Shown one piece after another: positions 50,560 to 60,685 of a stretch of DNA of 64,000 nucleotides; the first letter of the stretch is position 1; each line of letters begins with the position of its first letter. Under the pieces are notes generated by a model. It worked only from the letters and a program-made list of their open reading frames with translations, did not search any database and had not been told where the DNA came from. Source of the DNA: Acidobacteriota bacterium (GTDB lineage Bacteria; Acidobacteriota; CAIWXX01); the NCBI GenBank assembly GCA_040755995.1, contig JBFMAF010000010.1, positions 353,837 through 417,836 of the forward strand, in the 5' to 3' direction. The position numbers were made by a program, and so were the translations under genes.

Positions 50560-50955
50560 ATGCCGGGTCGACCGCGCCGGTATCGATGGAGAGAGCAACA
50601 GACGGATCTGGCGGCCGCTCGCAGCCTCCTGGCGCTCGGACATCTCCGCGTTGCCGTCAGTCGCGCCTACTACGCGATTTTTCACAGTGCTTGCGCCGCG
50701 CTGCTGTGGGTCGGCGTTGAGCACGGACGCCATTCGGGAGCGCAATCGGAGTTCGGTGAGTTCTTAGTCAAGCCCGGGATCCTCGAGCCGGAGTTTGGCC
50801 GCCTGTATGTCAAAGCGCGTGAAGCCCGTGAAGAGCAGGAATACGACCTGGATGCTGCGCCGCTCGCTGCTCAAGATGCTGTCGAGATCGTGGATGATGC
50901 AGAACGCTTTGTAAGTCGGATCGCGCAGTACTTGCAGCAAGCCGGAGCAGTCTGA
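50560..50955 (+). CDS. HEPN-domain protein (MNT-HEPN type), N-terminus probably damaged, no MNT partner
   Basis: AVSRAYYAIFH, HSG...FG...VK.G, R...EYD, AERFV. Confidence 0.75.
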   Translation: MPGRPRRYRWREQQTDLAAARSLLALGHLRVAVSRAYYAIFHSACAALLWVGVEHGRHSGAQSEFGEFLVKPGILEPEFGRLYVKAREAREEQEYDLDAAPLAAQDAVEIVDDAERFVSRIAQYLQQAGAV

Positions 50956-51010
50956 CCGGCGCGCATACCTGGTCGAATGCTGAAGGCGCCGTTCACCTTT
51001 TTCGGGGCCA

Positions 51011-51880
51011 TCAGCAGGCGGCCGCCTCGCCCAAGATACCCTCAAGCAGTCGCATGGCCGTCTCAACCGTGCGGCCGCTCGGATCCTTGCTCGGGTTGAC
51101 GGCGGCGAGAGTGAGGCCGGCGAGCGGTGTGCTCGCGATGAGCCAACGGCAATAGCCGACGGCATCGGCCGAGGAGACTCCTCCCGGCGAGGGGTACGTC
51201 ACGCCGGGCGCCTCCGCCGGATCGAGCACGTCTATGTCGAAGTGCAGGTAGAGCTCCACGGGAGGCGGCTGCCCTTGGAATGGCGCGCTTCCCGCGCCGT
51301 GCAGCTCGTCCGGATGGACGATCCGCACGGAGGTTGCCCTGAGCAGCTCCGCTTCGGGCGCATCCAGATCGCGGCTGCCGACAAGAATGCAACGGCTGGT
51401 CGGAGCCGGTTGTATCAGCCCGGCGAACTGCCTCAGATAGGCATTGCCGTACCCGCAGATGGCCGCATACGGCATGCCCCCAAGGTAGCCGGAGGTGGTC
51501 GTCTCCTCCGTATTCCAATCCCCGTGGGCGTCGAACCATGCAACGTTGAGGGTTGACTGAGGGTGTGCCCGTGTGAGGCCGCTCCACATTCCGATCGCAT
51601 TGCAGCAGTCGCCGCCGATAATGACCGGCGTTACGCCGTCGGCCACGGCAGCGGCGACCGCGCCTGCGACACGCGACTGCAATCTCCCGAGGCGCGTGAC
51701 CGCATCGTCTTGCACCGGGTCTTCCTCCATCCACACCTCGCGGCTCACCGATACGCCGCTGGCAAGGAGTCGAGACAGCAGGCCAGCGGACCACAGCGCG
51801 CCAGGCGCCTCACCCATTTCCACCCCGCGTCGATCCAGATCGAATGGGACAGCGATCAACACCACACTTCTTCCCATCAC
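51011..51880 (-). CDS. Arginase-family ureohydrolase
   Basis: GGDC, WFDAHGDWNT, SGYLGGM, HFDIDVLDP. Confidence 0.9.
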   Translation of the reverse strand: MMGRSVVLIAVPFDLDRRGVEMGEAPGALWSAGLLSRLLASGVSVSREVWMEEDPVQDDAVTRLGRLQSRVAGAVAAAVADGVTPVIIGGDCCNAIGMWSGLTRAHPQSTLNVAWFDAHGDWNTEETTTSGYLGGMPYAAICGYGNAYLRQFAGLIQPAPTSRCILVGSRDLDAPEAELLRATSVRIVHPDELHGAGSAPFQGQPPPVELYLHFDIDVLDPAEAPGVTYPSPGGVSSADAVGYCRWLIASTPLAGLTLAAVNPSKDPSGRTVETAMRLLEGILGEAAAC

Positions 51881-51934
51881 GTCCCTCGATCAGCGCCTGT
51901 GCTGACTGAGCAACGCGCACCCTGGGCCGAAGTG

Positions 51935-52110
51935 CGGCGCGCGTGCCGGGAGCTGCAGAACCTCGAAATGGTGCTTGATGTGTTTCAAGATTCTCGCGAC
52001 GACATCCGACTGCGTTCGGCACTCGCCCATGACCGAAATGATACACAACCTGGAACCGCGCCTGCAAAGGAGGAGATCGGCCTCGTACACGTCAGTGTCC
52101 TTTGCCATTC
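51935..52110 (-). mobile_element. Degenerate C-terminal remnant of an IS91-family transposase
   Basis: VYEADLLLCRRGSRLCIISV...VVARILKHI...PARAP resembles the YE.DPL.C..CG..M.II..I....IL.HL...RAPP tail of IS91-type proteins (recognised by eye). Confidence 0.5.
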
Positions 52111-52139
52111 TACTACGTTCTACTCCTGAGATTCTCAGA

Positions 52140-52690
52140 GTGGCGTCGGAGGCCAGCTTGACCGCCCAGACATTGGTGCCCGCGGCTCCGAAGCTCGTCG
52201 TATATCCTGCGAAGACGCAACCGCCATCTCCAGTCAGTTCCAGTGATTGCAGATAGTCGTCGGAAGTCCCTCCATAGGTTCTCTGCCAGACAACGCCTCC
52301 TGCCGAGTCCAGCCTCAGCACCCAGGCCTCAACACCGTTGCCGAACGCCATGCTGTAGCAGCCGACGTAGTAGCCGCCGTCATCGGCCTGCCGGACCTCG
52401 GTGGCCCAGTCCGAGCCGGCGGCGCCACCGAAGGTCTTCTGCCAGCTGACGATGCCGGACGAATCCAGCTTCACCACCCACGCGTTCTGGTCTCCGCCGA
52501 AGCTCCCCCAGGTATAGCCGGCCAGAACGAACCCGCCATCGCTCGTCTGCTGTACCGAACGCGGCACATCAGTGCCGGCCCCCCCGATCACCCGCGCCCA
52601 GTAGTGCGAAGCCTGCGCTACCGCCGGCAGCCCGGCCGCGATGAGCAGGCACGCGACCGCGTCTCTGAATCTGTTGCTGTGCTTCATCAT
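52140..52690 (-). pseudogene. N-terminal fragment of a secreted beta-propeller repeat protein
   Basis: Signal peptide; repeats W.KT(F/Y)GG...D....QT.DGG...AG.T; truncated in the third repeat. Confidence 0.75.
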
Positions 52691-52924
52691 TTCGCCTCCG
52701 CCAATCAGGTGCGCCACCTTGATAGACCCTCCCGCCACCTGAAAGTACCAGCGCCGCCGCCGAGTCGGCTGCCATCAGCGCTGTCGACAGCCGTTGACGG
52801 TGCCGGACTCGGGTGAGTTATCGTCCGCGGAGGAGAAGTGGATGTGGGCACGGGCGAGCGGCTCCGGGTGCGAGTCGAACAGGAGCTTGTGCTCGATGCA
52901 GGAACGTGCGAAGAGGTGATTGGA

Positions 52925-53270
52925 CCGAGACGCCTGCAACCAGGAGCTGCATCACGAGATAGACAGCCACGGTCATCCACCCGGCGCGGAGAAACCGACC
53001 CAGCCGCGCACGCGGCCATCCCGCCCTGCGGGCGAGCGAGTCGCCCAGCCGGTTCGCCAGCTCCATGGGGCAGACCGTGCACCAGGCTCGGCCAAACGCG
53101 AGCGCCGCCGCGATCATGCCGGGCCACCAGAGCCCCCAGACCACAAGCGTGGTGATGTTGGTCTTTCGGAGTACCATGAGCTCATCAGCCTTCATTCCTG
53201 CGCCGATATTCATGCCGCTGATGGCGAGCCACGACATCACCCCCAGCGTGATCACCTGAAGCGCCACAGG
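52925..53270 (-). pseudogene. Fragment of a NapH/NosR/FesM-type 4Fe-4S-binding membrane protein
   Basis: TLVVWGLWWP, GRAWCTVCPMEL; lacks both termini. Confidence 0.7.
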
Positions 53271-53391
53271 GCCTGCACGAGTTTCGCGCACTTGACCTCA
53301 ATGCGCCTCAGTCCTACACTCCAGCCGTGATCTACCCCCAATCGCCGCAAACTCATAGTCAAGCGCGCCTATCCTCCGTCCTCGGGGGCGG

Positions 53392-53520
53392 ATGTTCTTC
53401 GAGCGCTTCCGTCGCTTCGGCTTCCCTCAGAGCGCGCTCACCACATCCTACGGGATGGCCGAGTGCACGGCGCTGGTGACATCCAGTTGTCTCGACGCGC
53501 GCGAGCTGGCGCGGCCGCTG
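53392..53520 (+). pseudogene. Short fragment of a fatty acyl-AMP ligase
   Basis: F.ERF...GF...AL..SYGMAECT..VT adenylation motif. Confidence 0.65.
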
Positions 53521-53557
53521 AGCGAGGACGAGCGTACGCGTGTCGTCGAACAGGTCC

Positions 53558-53659
53558 GCGCACTATCCCGAGTGGAGCATCACCCGCACCATCGACCACA
53601 TGCTGGCCGAGATCGCCGAGGTGTGGCCGGCGAAGGGGCGGCTCAACGGCACCTGGTAG
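53558..53659 (+). pseudogene. C-terminal fragment resembling an NAD-dependent sugar epimerase
   Basis: Frame not in ORF track reads AHYPEWSITRTIDHMLAEIAEVW...stop. Confidence 0.5.
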
Positions 53660-53713
53660 GACGATAATTGCGGTTTGTGAAGACCGGCTGGCAGGGCACC
53701 GCGAGGAGAGTCG

Positions 53714-56128
53714 ATGTTCAAGAGCTACCTGAGGACGGCGTATCGGAGTCTCGGCAAGAGGAAGGCGATCTCGCTGATCAACGTTACCGGCCTGGCGGTC
53801 AGCATGACCGTGTTCGTGTTTATCCTGCACTACGTGCAATTCGAATCGAACTACGACCGCTTCCATCCTGACTGTGATCGGATCTACCGGTTGCGGTACG
53901 AGCGCACGACCGAAGACGGGCAGACGGTCCGGTTCGCGTCGTGCTGCCCGCCTGCAGGCGCTCTGGTGCGCGCGCGATACCCGGAGGTGGAGAAGGTCGG
54001 CCGGATTCTGCGCTATCGCGCATCCGTCTCGTTCGGTGACACGAAGTTCCTGGAGGAGAACATGTACTTTGCGGACCCCGACTTCCTCCAGATACTTCCC
54101 TTTCCGTTCATCAAAGGGGACCCGTCCCAGGGAATCCGTGACGCCAACAAGGCGTTTGTCTCCGAGTCGACGGCACGGAGGTACTTCGGCGATCGGGATC
54201 CGATCGGGAGGACTTTCAGCGTCGACAGGAAGATGGACTACGTGATTGTCGGTGTCTTCCGGGACATTCCCAGGAACTCGCATCTCAAGTTCGACGTTCT
54301 GCTCTCCTATCAGAACCTCATCACGCTCTACGGGCCGGAGTTCCAGGAGGCCTGGGGGCACACTGGTGTCTACACGTACCTGCGTCTCCGCCCCGGTGCC
54401 GACCCTGCCGCCATCGAGAAGAAGCTTGTTGGTCTGGTCGACGAGCAGTTCGGCCAAGCGCTCCGGAACTACCGCATGACGATGGAGCTGAAGCTGCAGC
54501 CGCTGCCCGATATCCATCTGAGGTCGCACTTCATGCAGGAATACGAGGTAAACGGCAATGCTGGCGTGGTTGGATTCCTGTTTGTCGTGGCGTTCGTCGT
54601 GATGGCGGTCTCCTGGGTGAACTATGTCAACCTGTCGACGGCGCGGACGCTGGAGCGTGTGAAGGAGGCGGGCCTGCGCAAAGTGGTGGGTGCCTCCCGC
54701 CGCCAGCTCTTTGCCCAATCGCTGCTGGAGACGGCGATCCTACACTGCGTCGCCGTCGTCATGGCGATCGGCCTCGTCGCGCTGCTGATGGGGCTCTTCG
54801 CCGGGCTGACCGGGGTTCCGCTGGGTCATTCCCTCTGGCTTCAGGGATGGTTCTGGGGTTCGCTCGCGCTGCTGCTCGCGGGAGGCGTCGCCATCTCGGG
54901 GTTCTACCCGGCGCTTGTGCTCTCCTTGTACCATCCGGCTCAGATGCTTCGCGGCGATCTGGGGGCTTCCATGACTGGGATGCGACTTCGAAAGGTGTTG
55001 CTGGTTTTCCAGTTCGTCATTGCGATGGCTCTCATCACGGCGACGCTTGTGGTCTACCGGCAGACCTCGTTCATGACGAGCCGGGACGTTGGCTTCGACA
55101 CCAGGCAGGTTCTCGTGGTGACGGCCCCGCGAGTCCGGGACGAGACGTACGCGGAGAAGTGGAAGACGTTCAAGGAGACGCTCCGCCAGAGCTCCGATGT
55201 ACTCCACATGTGCCATGTCACTGAAGTTCCCGGCCGGCAGATCCTGTGGGACGCGGGCGCGATCCGGCGGGCGGGCGAGGATCCCACTAGGGGCAAGAAC
55301 TACCAGATTGTTGGTGTCGACTACGACTTCGTGGACTTCTTCGGGCTTCGTCTGGTCTGTGGGAGGAATTTCTCCAGAGAATTCCCCGCTGATGCGAGCG
55401 CTCTGATGCTCAACGAGACTGCGGTGAAGTACATGGGCTTTCTGGACGCCGAGAGTGCGCTGGGGCAGCAGGTGGACTACTGGGGCGACATCTACACCGT
55501 CGTGGGCGTCCTGAAGGACTACCATCAGCAATCGCTGCGGGAGGCGTTCGAACCGCACATCTACCGCCTGATGCCCACCGGCAGGGACGTGCGCGGGAAG
55601 TTCGCAATCAGGGTGAGCACCCAGCGGGTGGCCCAGACCCTGGCGATGATCAAGGGGCAGTACGATTCCTTCTTTCCGGGGAATCCCTTCGAGTACTTCT
55701 TCCTGGACGAGTACTACGACGAGCAGTACAAGGCCGACCGCTTGCTCGGCAGGGTCACCGGCCTCTTCACCGGACTCGCCCTGTTCATCACGGCGCTGGG
55801 CCTCTTCGGGATGGCCTCGTACAGCGCAGTGAAACGGACCAGGGAGATCGGCGTTCGCAAGGTGCTCGGCGCAAGCATCGGCAGTATTCTGATGCTGCTG
55901 GTCTCTGATTTCCTCCGCCTCATCGTCTTCTCGTTTGTCGTCTCGCTGCCGCTCCTGATCGTGGGCGTGAACATGTACCTCCAACAGTACGCATTCCGGA
56001 TGAAGATCGACACGTGGCTGTTCCTCTGGCCGCTCGTCTCCGTCTCGTGTGTCACCCTGGTCACCGTGAGCACACAGGTCATCAAGGCGGCCACTGTCAA
56101 TCCGGTGGATGCCATCCGGTACGAGTAG
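53714..56128 (+). CDS. MacB/FtsX-family ABC transporter permease (duplicated architecture)
   Basis: SLINVTGLA, LQPL.DIHL, NYVNLSTAR, RKVVGA, REIGVRKVLGAS, NPVDAIRYE; RBS GAGGAG. Confidence 0.94.
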   Translation: MFKSYLRTAYRSLGKRKAISLINVTGLAVSMTVFVFILHYVQFESNYDRFHPDCDRIYRLRYERTTEDGQTVRFASCCPPAGALVRARYPEVEKVGRILRYRASVSFGDTKFLEENMYFADPDFLQILPFPFIKGDPSQGIRDANKAFVSESTARRYFGDRDPIGRTFSVDRKMDYVIVGVFRDIPRNSHLKFDVLLSYQNLITLYGPEFQEAWGHTGVYTYLRLRPGADPAAIEKKLVGLVDEQFGQALRNYRMTMELKLQPLPDIHLRSHFMQEYEVNGNAGVVGFLFVVAFVVMAVSWVNYVNLSTARTLERVKEAGLRKVVGASRRQLFAQSLLETAILHCVAVVMAIGLVALLMGLFAGLTGVPLGHSLWLQGWFWGSLALLLAGGVAISGFYPALVLSLYHPAQMLRGDLGASMTGMRLRKVLLVFQFVIAMALITATLVVYRQTSFMTSRDVGFDTRQVLVVTAPRVRDETYAEKWKTFKETLRQSSDVLHMCHVTEVPGRQILWDAGAIRRAGEDPTRGKNYQIVGVDYDFVDFFGLRLVCGRNFSREFPADASALMLNETAVKYMGFLDAESALGQQVDYWGDIYTVVGVLKDYHQQSLREAFEPHIYRLMPTGRDVRGKFAIRVSTQRVAQTLAMIKGQYDSFFPGNPFEYFFLDEYYDEQYKADRLLGRVTGLFTGLALFITALGLFGMASYSAVKRTREIGVRKVLGASIGSILMLLVSDFLRLIVFSFVVSLPLLIVGVNMYLQQYAFRMKIDTWLFLWPLVSVSCVTLVTVSTQVIKAATVNPVDAIRYE

Positions 56129-56200
56129 GCAGTTCGACTCTCGACGCGGGGCGGGACCAAAGCGGCCTTGCATGATTCATCGGCCTGAGGCCCCGCCTCG

Positions 56201-57565
56201 CTAGTAGAAGCTCAACGTGAAGGTTGTCTGCACGTTGGGCTCGGAGTGAACGCGGATTGAGCCATGGTGCAAGCGCATGACCTGGCGGGAGAAGCTGAGG
56301 CCGATACCCGATCCATCCTTCTTGGTTGTGAAAAACGGGACGAAGATCTTCTCCATGGCCTCCGGGATTATCCCGGGCCCATTATCCTGGATCGTGATCA
56401 CCACCCGCCCTCGCGCGTCCATCAGCGCCTTCAGCTCCACGCGTGCGCCTTCGCGTCTGTTGACCGCGTCAACGGCGTTAAGCAATAGGTTGATCAACAC
56501 CTGCTCGATCAGCTCGGGATCGGCGGTCAACTCGAGGCTCTTCGGGTCGACATCGGAAACGAAGGCGATGCCGCCCTCACTGATTCGCCCCTCCAGCAGC
56601 TTCTCGACGCGGCCGAAAAGCTCAGAGAGTGGAACGATCTTGAATTTTGGTCTGGGGATAAGCGTGAGCCGCCGGTAGGCCTGTACGAAATTCATCAGTC
56701 CCTGGCTCCGCCTGCGAATCGTCAGGAGCGCCGCCTGTATGTCCTCGGTGCAGTCGCCCGCGCTTCCAGCTGGACCGGGCCGCCTGTCTTTCCCGGCCAT
56801 CGACGAGATGAGATCCATTGCGGTGGAGGCGAGCGAGGCGATAGGTGTCATCGAGTTCATGATCTCGTGCGTGAGCACGCGTATGAGGCTGTGCCATGCC
56901 TCGGTCTCCTTCTCTTCCAGCTCTCCGCGGATGTCCTGCAGGGAAATCAGTGTGTACTTCTCGCCTCGAACCTTGAATTCGGTGGCATGGATCGCGAGCT
57001 GCGCGACATCCTCGTGCTCCGCCAGCCTGACGAGAGTCCTCTCGCCCGGCTTGAGGGTGAGGAGCGTTTCCACCAAGGGCCGGTGTACTTCTCCGAGCGA
57101 CTGGATGTTGACGAGATTCGCGACGCGAAGCAGCCGCTTTGCAGCCGAGTTGATCAGGTCCACGTGGCCGTCGGATCTGAACGAAAGAAGGCCGACGCCC
57201 ACATGCTGGAGTATTGTCTGAAGATACCGGTACTGTTCCTCCTTGGCCTCGCGCGTTCGTTGGAACTCGGCGCTTATATCCGCCAGCGCCTTGTGCAATT
57301 CCTCGTATCCGGGCCCGAGCCCGGTTGGCACGAACGACTGCGAGAAGTCCGCGTATCGCACCGCCTCGAGGAAGCTGGCCAGCGCCCGATTGCTGCTTTC
57401 CACGTATCGCACCAGCGAGAACGCCTCGATGATCAGCAGGGCGCACAGAAGCAGCGACAGGACCGGCGAGTGCGCGATCCAGGCGGCGCAGACGGCTGCC
57501 GCCGTGGCGCAAAGGAGAAGGACCCTGGACACCGCCTGGACTCGGAACCGCCGGGTCCGTCTCAT
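56201..57565 (-). CDS. Membrane PAS sensor histidine kinase
   Basis: RVLTHEIMNS, NLLLNA, DNGPGI, FFTTK, GSGIGLS. Confidence 0.93.
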   Translation of the reverse strand: MRRTRRFRVQAVSRVLLLCATAAAVCAAWIAHSPVLSLLLCALLIIEAFSLVRYVESSNRALASFLEAVRYADFSQSFVPTGLGPGYEELHKALADISAEFQRTREAKEEQYRYLQTILQHVGVGLLSFRSDGHVDLINSAAKRLLRVANLVNIQSLGEVHRPLVETLLTLKPGERTLVRLAEHEDVAQLAIHATEFKVRGEKYTLISLQDIRGELEEKETEAWHSLIRVLTHEIMNSMTPIASLASTAMDLISSMAGKDRRPGPAGSAGDCTEDIQAALLTIRRRSQGLMNFVQAYRRLTLIPRPKFKIVPLSELFGRVEKLLEGRISEGGIAFVSDVDPKSLELTADPELIEQVLINLLLNAVDAVNRREGARVELKALMDARGRVVITIQDNGPGIIPEAMEKIFVPFFTTKKDGSGIGLSFSRQVMRLHHGSIRVHSEPNVQTTFTLSFY

Positions 57566-57566
57566 C

Positions 57567-58958
57567 TCAGAGCGCCTTCAGCGCAACCAGGGTCATGTCG
57601 TCGCGCGCGCCACGCGACCCCACGAACGTTTGCACTTCGACGAGGATCGTCTCCGCCATCTCTCTCGCGCTCTTGCCTGCGTTCTCACGGATCGTCTCCA
57701 TCAGCCTCTGGATCGAATACTCCTGATCCTCGGTGTTCACGGCATCGCTGACGCCGTCTGTGAAGAACACGAGCCAATCGCCGGGTTGCATGGAGACCTC
57801 GGTCTCCTCGAGCATCTGTCCAAACGCGGGGCTGCCGGTGATGCCGAGGACCATTCCTTCGGGCTGCACCCAACCGAAATCCCCCGCCGGGCTGTAGTGG
57901 AGGGCGGGATTGTGTCCGGCCCGTGAACAGGTGACACGCCGGTTCGCAGGGTTCACAATGGCGACCATCATCGTGACGAAGGTGCCGGCTCCAAGGGTCC
58001 GATGGAGCTGCTCGTTGATCCGGTCCAGTATCTGCCTGGCAGGAATGTCGCCTCCGACCACCGACTGCACGTACCCCTTGGTCAGCGTCATGTAGAACGC
58101 GGCCGGCACTCCTTTGCCCGAGACGTCGGCGATGATCACGGCCAGCTTCCCGTTCTCCATCGGGATGAAGTCGAAATAGTCCCCGCTGACCTCGGTTGCC
58201 GGAAGGCATCTGCCTGAGATGTCGAAACCCTGGATCAGGGGCGTCTCTCTCGGCAGAAGTGATCCCTGCACCTGCCATGCGATCTCCAGCTCTCTCGCCA
58301 TCCGCTCCCTCGCGAGCTCACTCGCTATGTCCTGTATGGACACCAGCCGATAGCTCTCGCCGTGCATCCGGAACTCGGTGGCACGCACAGACAACACCGC
58401 CTGCGGCGAGACCGTGTCGATCTTTATGAGCGAATCCTCACCCGGGGCGATCTGGAGGAGTGTCGATGCGAGGTTTCGGTTGTACTTGTCGAGAAAGGCC
58501 ACGCTCTTGAGCTGGCTCACGTTGAAGAGCCGCTTGGCGGCTTCGTTTATGAGGACGACCGTGCCGTCCTTCTTGTACGTGATCACGCCTACGCCGATGT
58601 GCCGCACCACAGTCTGCAGGTACTGGAGATTCTCCTCCTTCTCCTCGCGCAACTTCATGAAGTGTTGTCGCACCTGGTTGAATTTCGTCTTGAGGTCATC
58701 CTTGCTCGAGATTGGATCCATGAGCGAGAAAGACTGGCTGAAATCCTCGAGGAGGATTGACTGCAGAAAGCGACTCAGGTCGCGATGCACCTTGGAGAGA
58801 AACCGCACGAGCAGGTAGAGCTGGCAGACCGCGATGAGGCCGAGGATCGCGGCGACCGGAGTCAGGCCCCCGGCCACGGTCCAGGCGCACGCGAAGATGG
58901 TCGCAGTCAGTGTGGTGACCCTGACCACCAGCTGTATGTGGAACCTAGTGAAGAGCAT
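57567..58958 (-). CDS. Membrane PAS protein with SpoIIE/PP2C phosphatase domain
   Basis: ELEIAWQVQGSLLP, VSGDYFD, ADVSGKG, RAGH, TDGV, DDMT. Confidence 0.92.
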   Translation of the reverse strand: MLFTRFHIQLVVRVTTLTATIFACAWTVAGGLTPVAAILGLIAVCQLYLLVRFLSKVHRDLSRFLQSILLEDFSQSFSLMDPISSKDDLKTKFNQVRQHFMKLREEKEENLQYLQTVVRHIGVGVITYKKDGTVVLINEAAKRLFNVSQLKSVAFLDKYNRNLASTLLQIAPGEDSLIKIDTVSPQAVLSVRATEFRMHGESYRLVSIQDIASELARERMARELEIAWQVQGSLLPRETPLIQGFDISGRCLPATEVSGDYFDFIPMENGKLAVIIADVSGKGVPAAFYMTLTKGYVQSVVGGDIPARQILDRINEQLHRTLGAGTFVTMMVAIVNPANRRVTCSRAGHNPALHYSPAGDFGWVQPEGMVLGITGSPAFGQMLEETEVSMQPGDWLVFFTDGVSDAVNTEDQEYSIQRLMETIRENAGKSAREMAETILVEVQTFVGSRGARDDMTLVALKAL

Positions 58959-60327
58959 ACTTCTCGATGCGGCGATAGAGCGACGCGCGTGTCAGTCCCA
59001 GTTCCTTGGCTACGTGGCTGATGTTGCCGCCGTGCTTGACCATTGCCTTGCGAATCAGCGCCTTCTCGACATCTTCAATGTTGTAGCTCTCCAACGCCAG
59101 TTCGTCGCGATCCGATTGGGCGCCCGAGAACAGGAAGTCTTCGGGTTCGAGCTGCGGCGATTCCGAAAGGATGACGGCGCGTTCGACCGCGTGCTTGAGC
59201 TCTCTCACGTTGCCCGGCCAGGCGTGCTTCTGCAGCTTCTTCAGGGCCGCCAGGGAGAACTGAACCGGGTTCTTCCCGTAGTGCCGGCAGAACAGCTTCA
59301 GGTAGTAATCGGCGAGAAGCAGAATGTCATCTCCCCGGTCCCGCAGCGGCGGCAGCGCGATCTCGACCGTATTGATGCGGTAGAGGAGATCCTGGCGGAA
59401 CTCTTTCCGCGCCACCATCTCGGCAATCGGCCGGTTCGACGCGCAGATCAGCCGGATGTCGACCTCCGTCGCTCTGTTCGATCCGACTCTGGTCACCTGG
59501 CGCATCTCCAGCGCCCGCAGGATTCTCGCCTGCATCGGCAGCGAGAGATTGCCGATCTCGTCCAGGAAGAGCGTTCCGCCCGAGGCGAGCTCGAAGCGTC
59601 CAGGGCGGTCCGTCCTCGCATCCGTGAAGGCGCCCTTCACGTGACCGAACAGCTCGCTCTCGAAAAGCGATTCGACGATCGCGCCCATGTCGACGCTCAG
59701 GAAAACCTGGTTGGCGCGAAGCGAACCGCGATGCAGCGCGCGCGCCACCAGCTCCTTGCCCGTCCCGTTCTCCCCGAGGATCAGAACGTTGGCGTCCGTG
59801 GCCGCAACCTTCTGTATCGTCGCGAAGACCCGCTGCATCGGCGGTGAGCTGCCGATGCATTCCTGGAACGAGCTGTCGAGATCGGCGCTCAGCCGCTCCT
59901 GCTGCGATCGCAGCCGGTCCACTTCGAGCCGGGAGCGGCGCAGACTGAGGGCCGATGACACCGTCGCGAGGAGCTTCTCATTCTGCCACGGCTTGAGCAC
60001 GAAATCGGTTGCACCCTGCTTCACAGCCCTGACCGCCATGTCTACATCACCGTAGGCCGTGATGAGAATCACCACGGCGGCCGGATCCATGTCGAGAATC
60101 CTCTGGAGCCACTGGAACCCTTCCTGGCCGCTCGTGACATCCTTCCCGAAATTCATGTCGAGCAGGATCACATCGTAGGCGGCCTCGCGGAGCAGCTCCG
60201 GAATTCGATTGGGGTCCTTCTCGCAATCGACCTGCGCGACGTGCTGTTTCAGGAACAGGCGTGCGGCGTACAGTACGTCCACGTCGTCATCCACTACCAG
60301 GAGTCTCGCGGTCCTTATGCGTTCCAT
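58945..60327 (-). CDS. NtrC-family sigma54 response regulator
   Basis: LLDMNF receiver, GENGTGKE, GAFTDA, FLDEIGN, WPGNVREL, Fis HTH. Confidence 0.95.
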   Translation of the reverse strand: MERIRTARLLVVDDDVDVLYAARLFLKQHVAQVDCEKDPNRIPELLREAAYDVILLDMNFGKDVTSGQEGFQWLQRILDMDPAAVVILITAYGDVDMAVRAVKQGATDFVLKPWQNEKLLATVSSALSLRRSRLEVDRLRSQQERLSADLDSSFQECIGSSPPMQRVFATIQKVAATDANVLILGENGTGKELVARALHRGSLRANQVFLSVDMGAIVESLFESELFGHVKGAFTDARTDRPGRFELASGGTLFLDEIGNLSLPMQARILRALEMRQVTRVGSNRATEVDIRLICASNRPIAEMVARKEFRQDLLYRINTVEIALPPLRDRGDDILLLADYYLKLFCRHYGKNPVQFSLAALKKLQKHAWPGNVRELKHAVERAVILSESPQLEPEDFLFSGAQSDRDELALESYNIEDVEKALIRKAMVKHGGNISHVAKELGLTRASLYRRIEKYALH

Positions 60328-60519
60328 TGTCCTTCCTCACCCATATTGTACGGCGAAACCGGCTTCGGAGAGTAGCCAGCAGCCTTCTTCCTTGTGCGCC
60401 ATCACGATCAGAGGGTCCGTTCGGCGGTCCTGCCTCGCGGTTGGAACCCGCGAGGTGGGGCTGAACCCGAGTGCCCCTTCACTGTTCGGTGTCACGCCCG
60501 GATAGCTTTCCGTGTACTG

Positions 60520-60580
60520 TGTATGAGATCGGGGACGCTGCTGTCCACCAACGGACAACCGCCTGTACGGCCATCCAACA
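60520..60580. promoter_or_regulatory. Candidate enhancer sites for the divergent sigma54 regulator
   Basis: TGTCCA-CCAA-CGGACA at 60542-60557 with weaker TGT-starting copies at 60520 and 60564 (22-bp period). Confidence 0.55.
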
Positions 60581-60653
60581 TGGCTCTCAGCGACGGGGCG
60601 GGCCGGGCTTCTAACCCGCAGTAACCAAACAGATCAAGAGGAGTGGGCATAGC

Positions 60654-60669
60654 TGGCACAGTCCTTGCA
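60654..60669 (+). promoter_or_regulatory. Sigma54 -24/-12 promoter
   Basis: Perfect TGGCAC-AGTCC-TTGCA. Confidence 0.82.
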
Positions 60670-60685
60670 AACTGGACGCCTGGAA

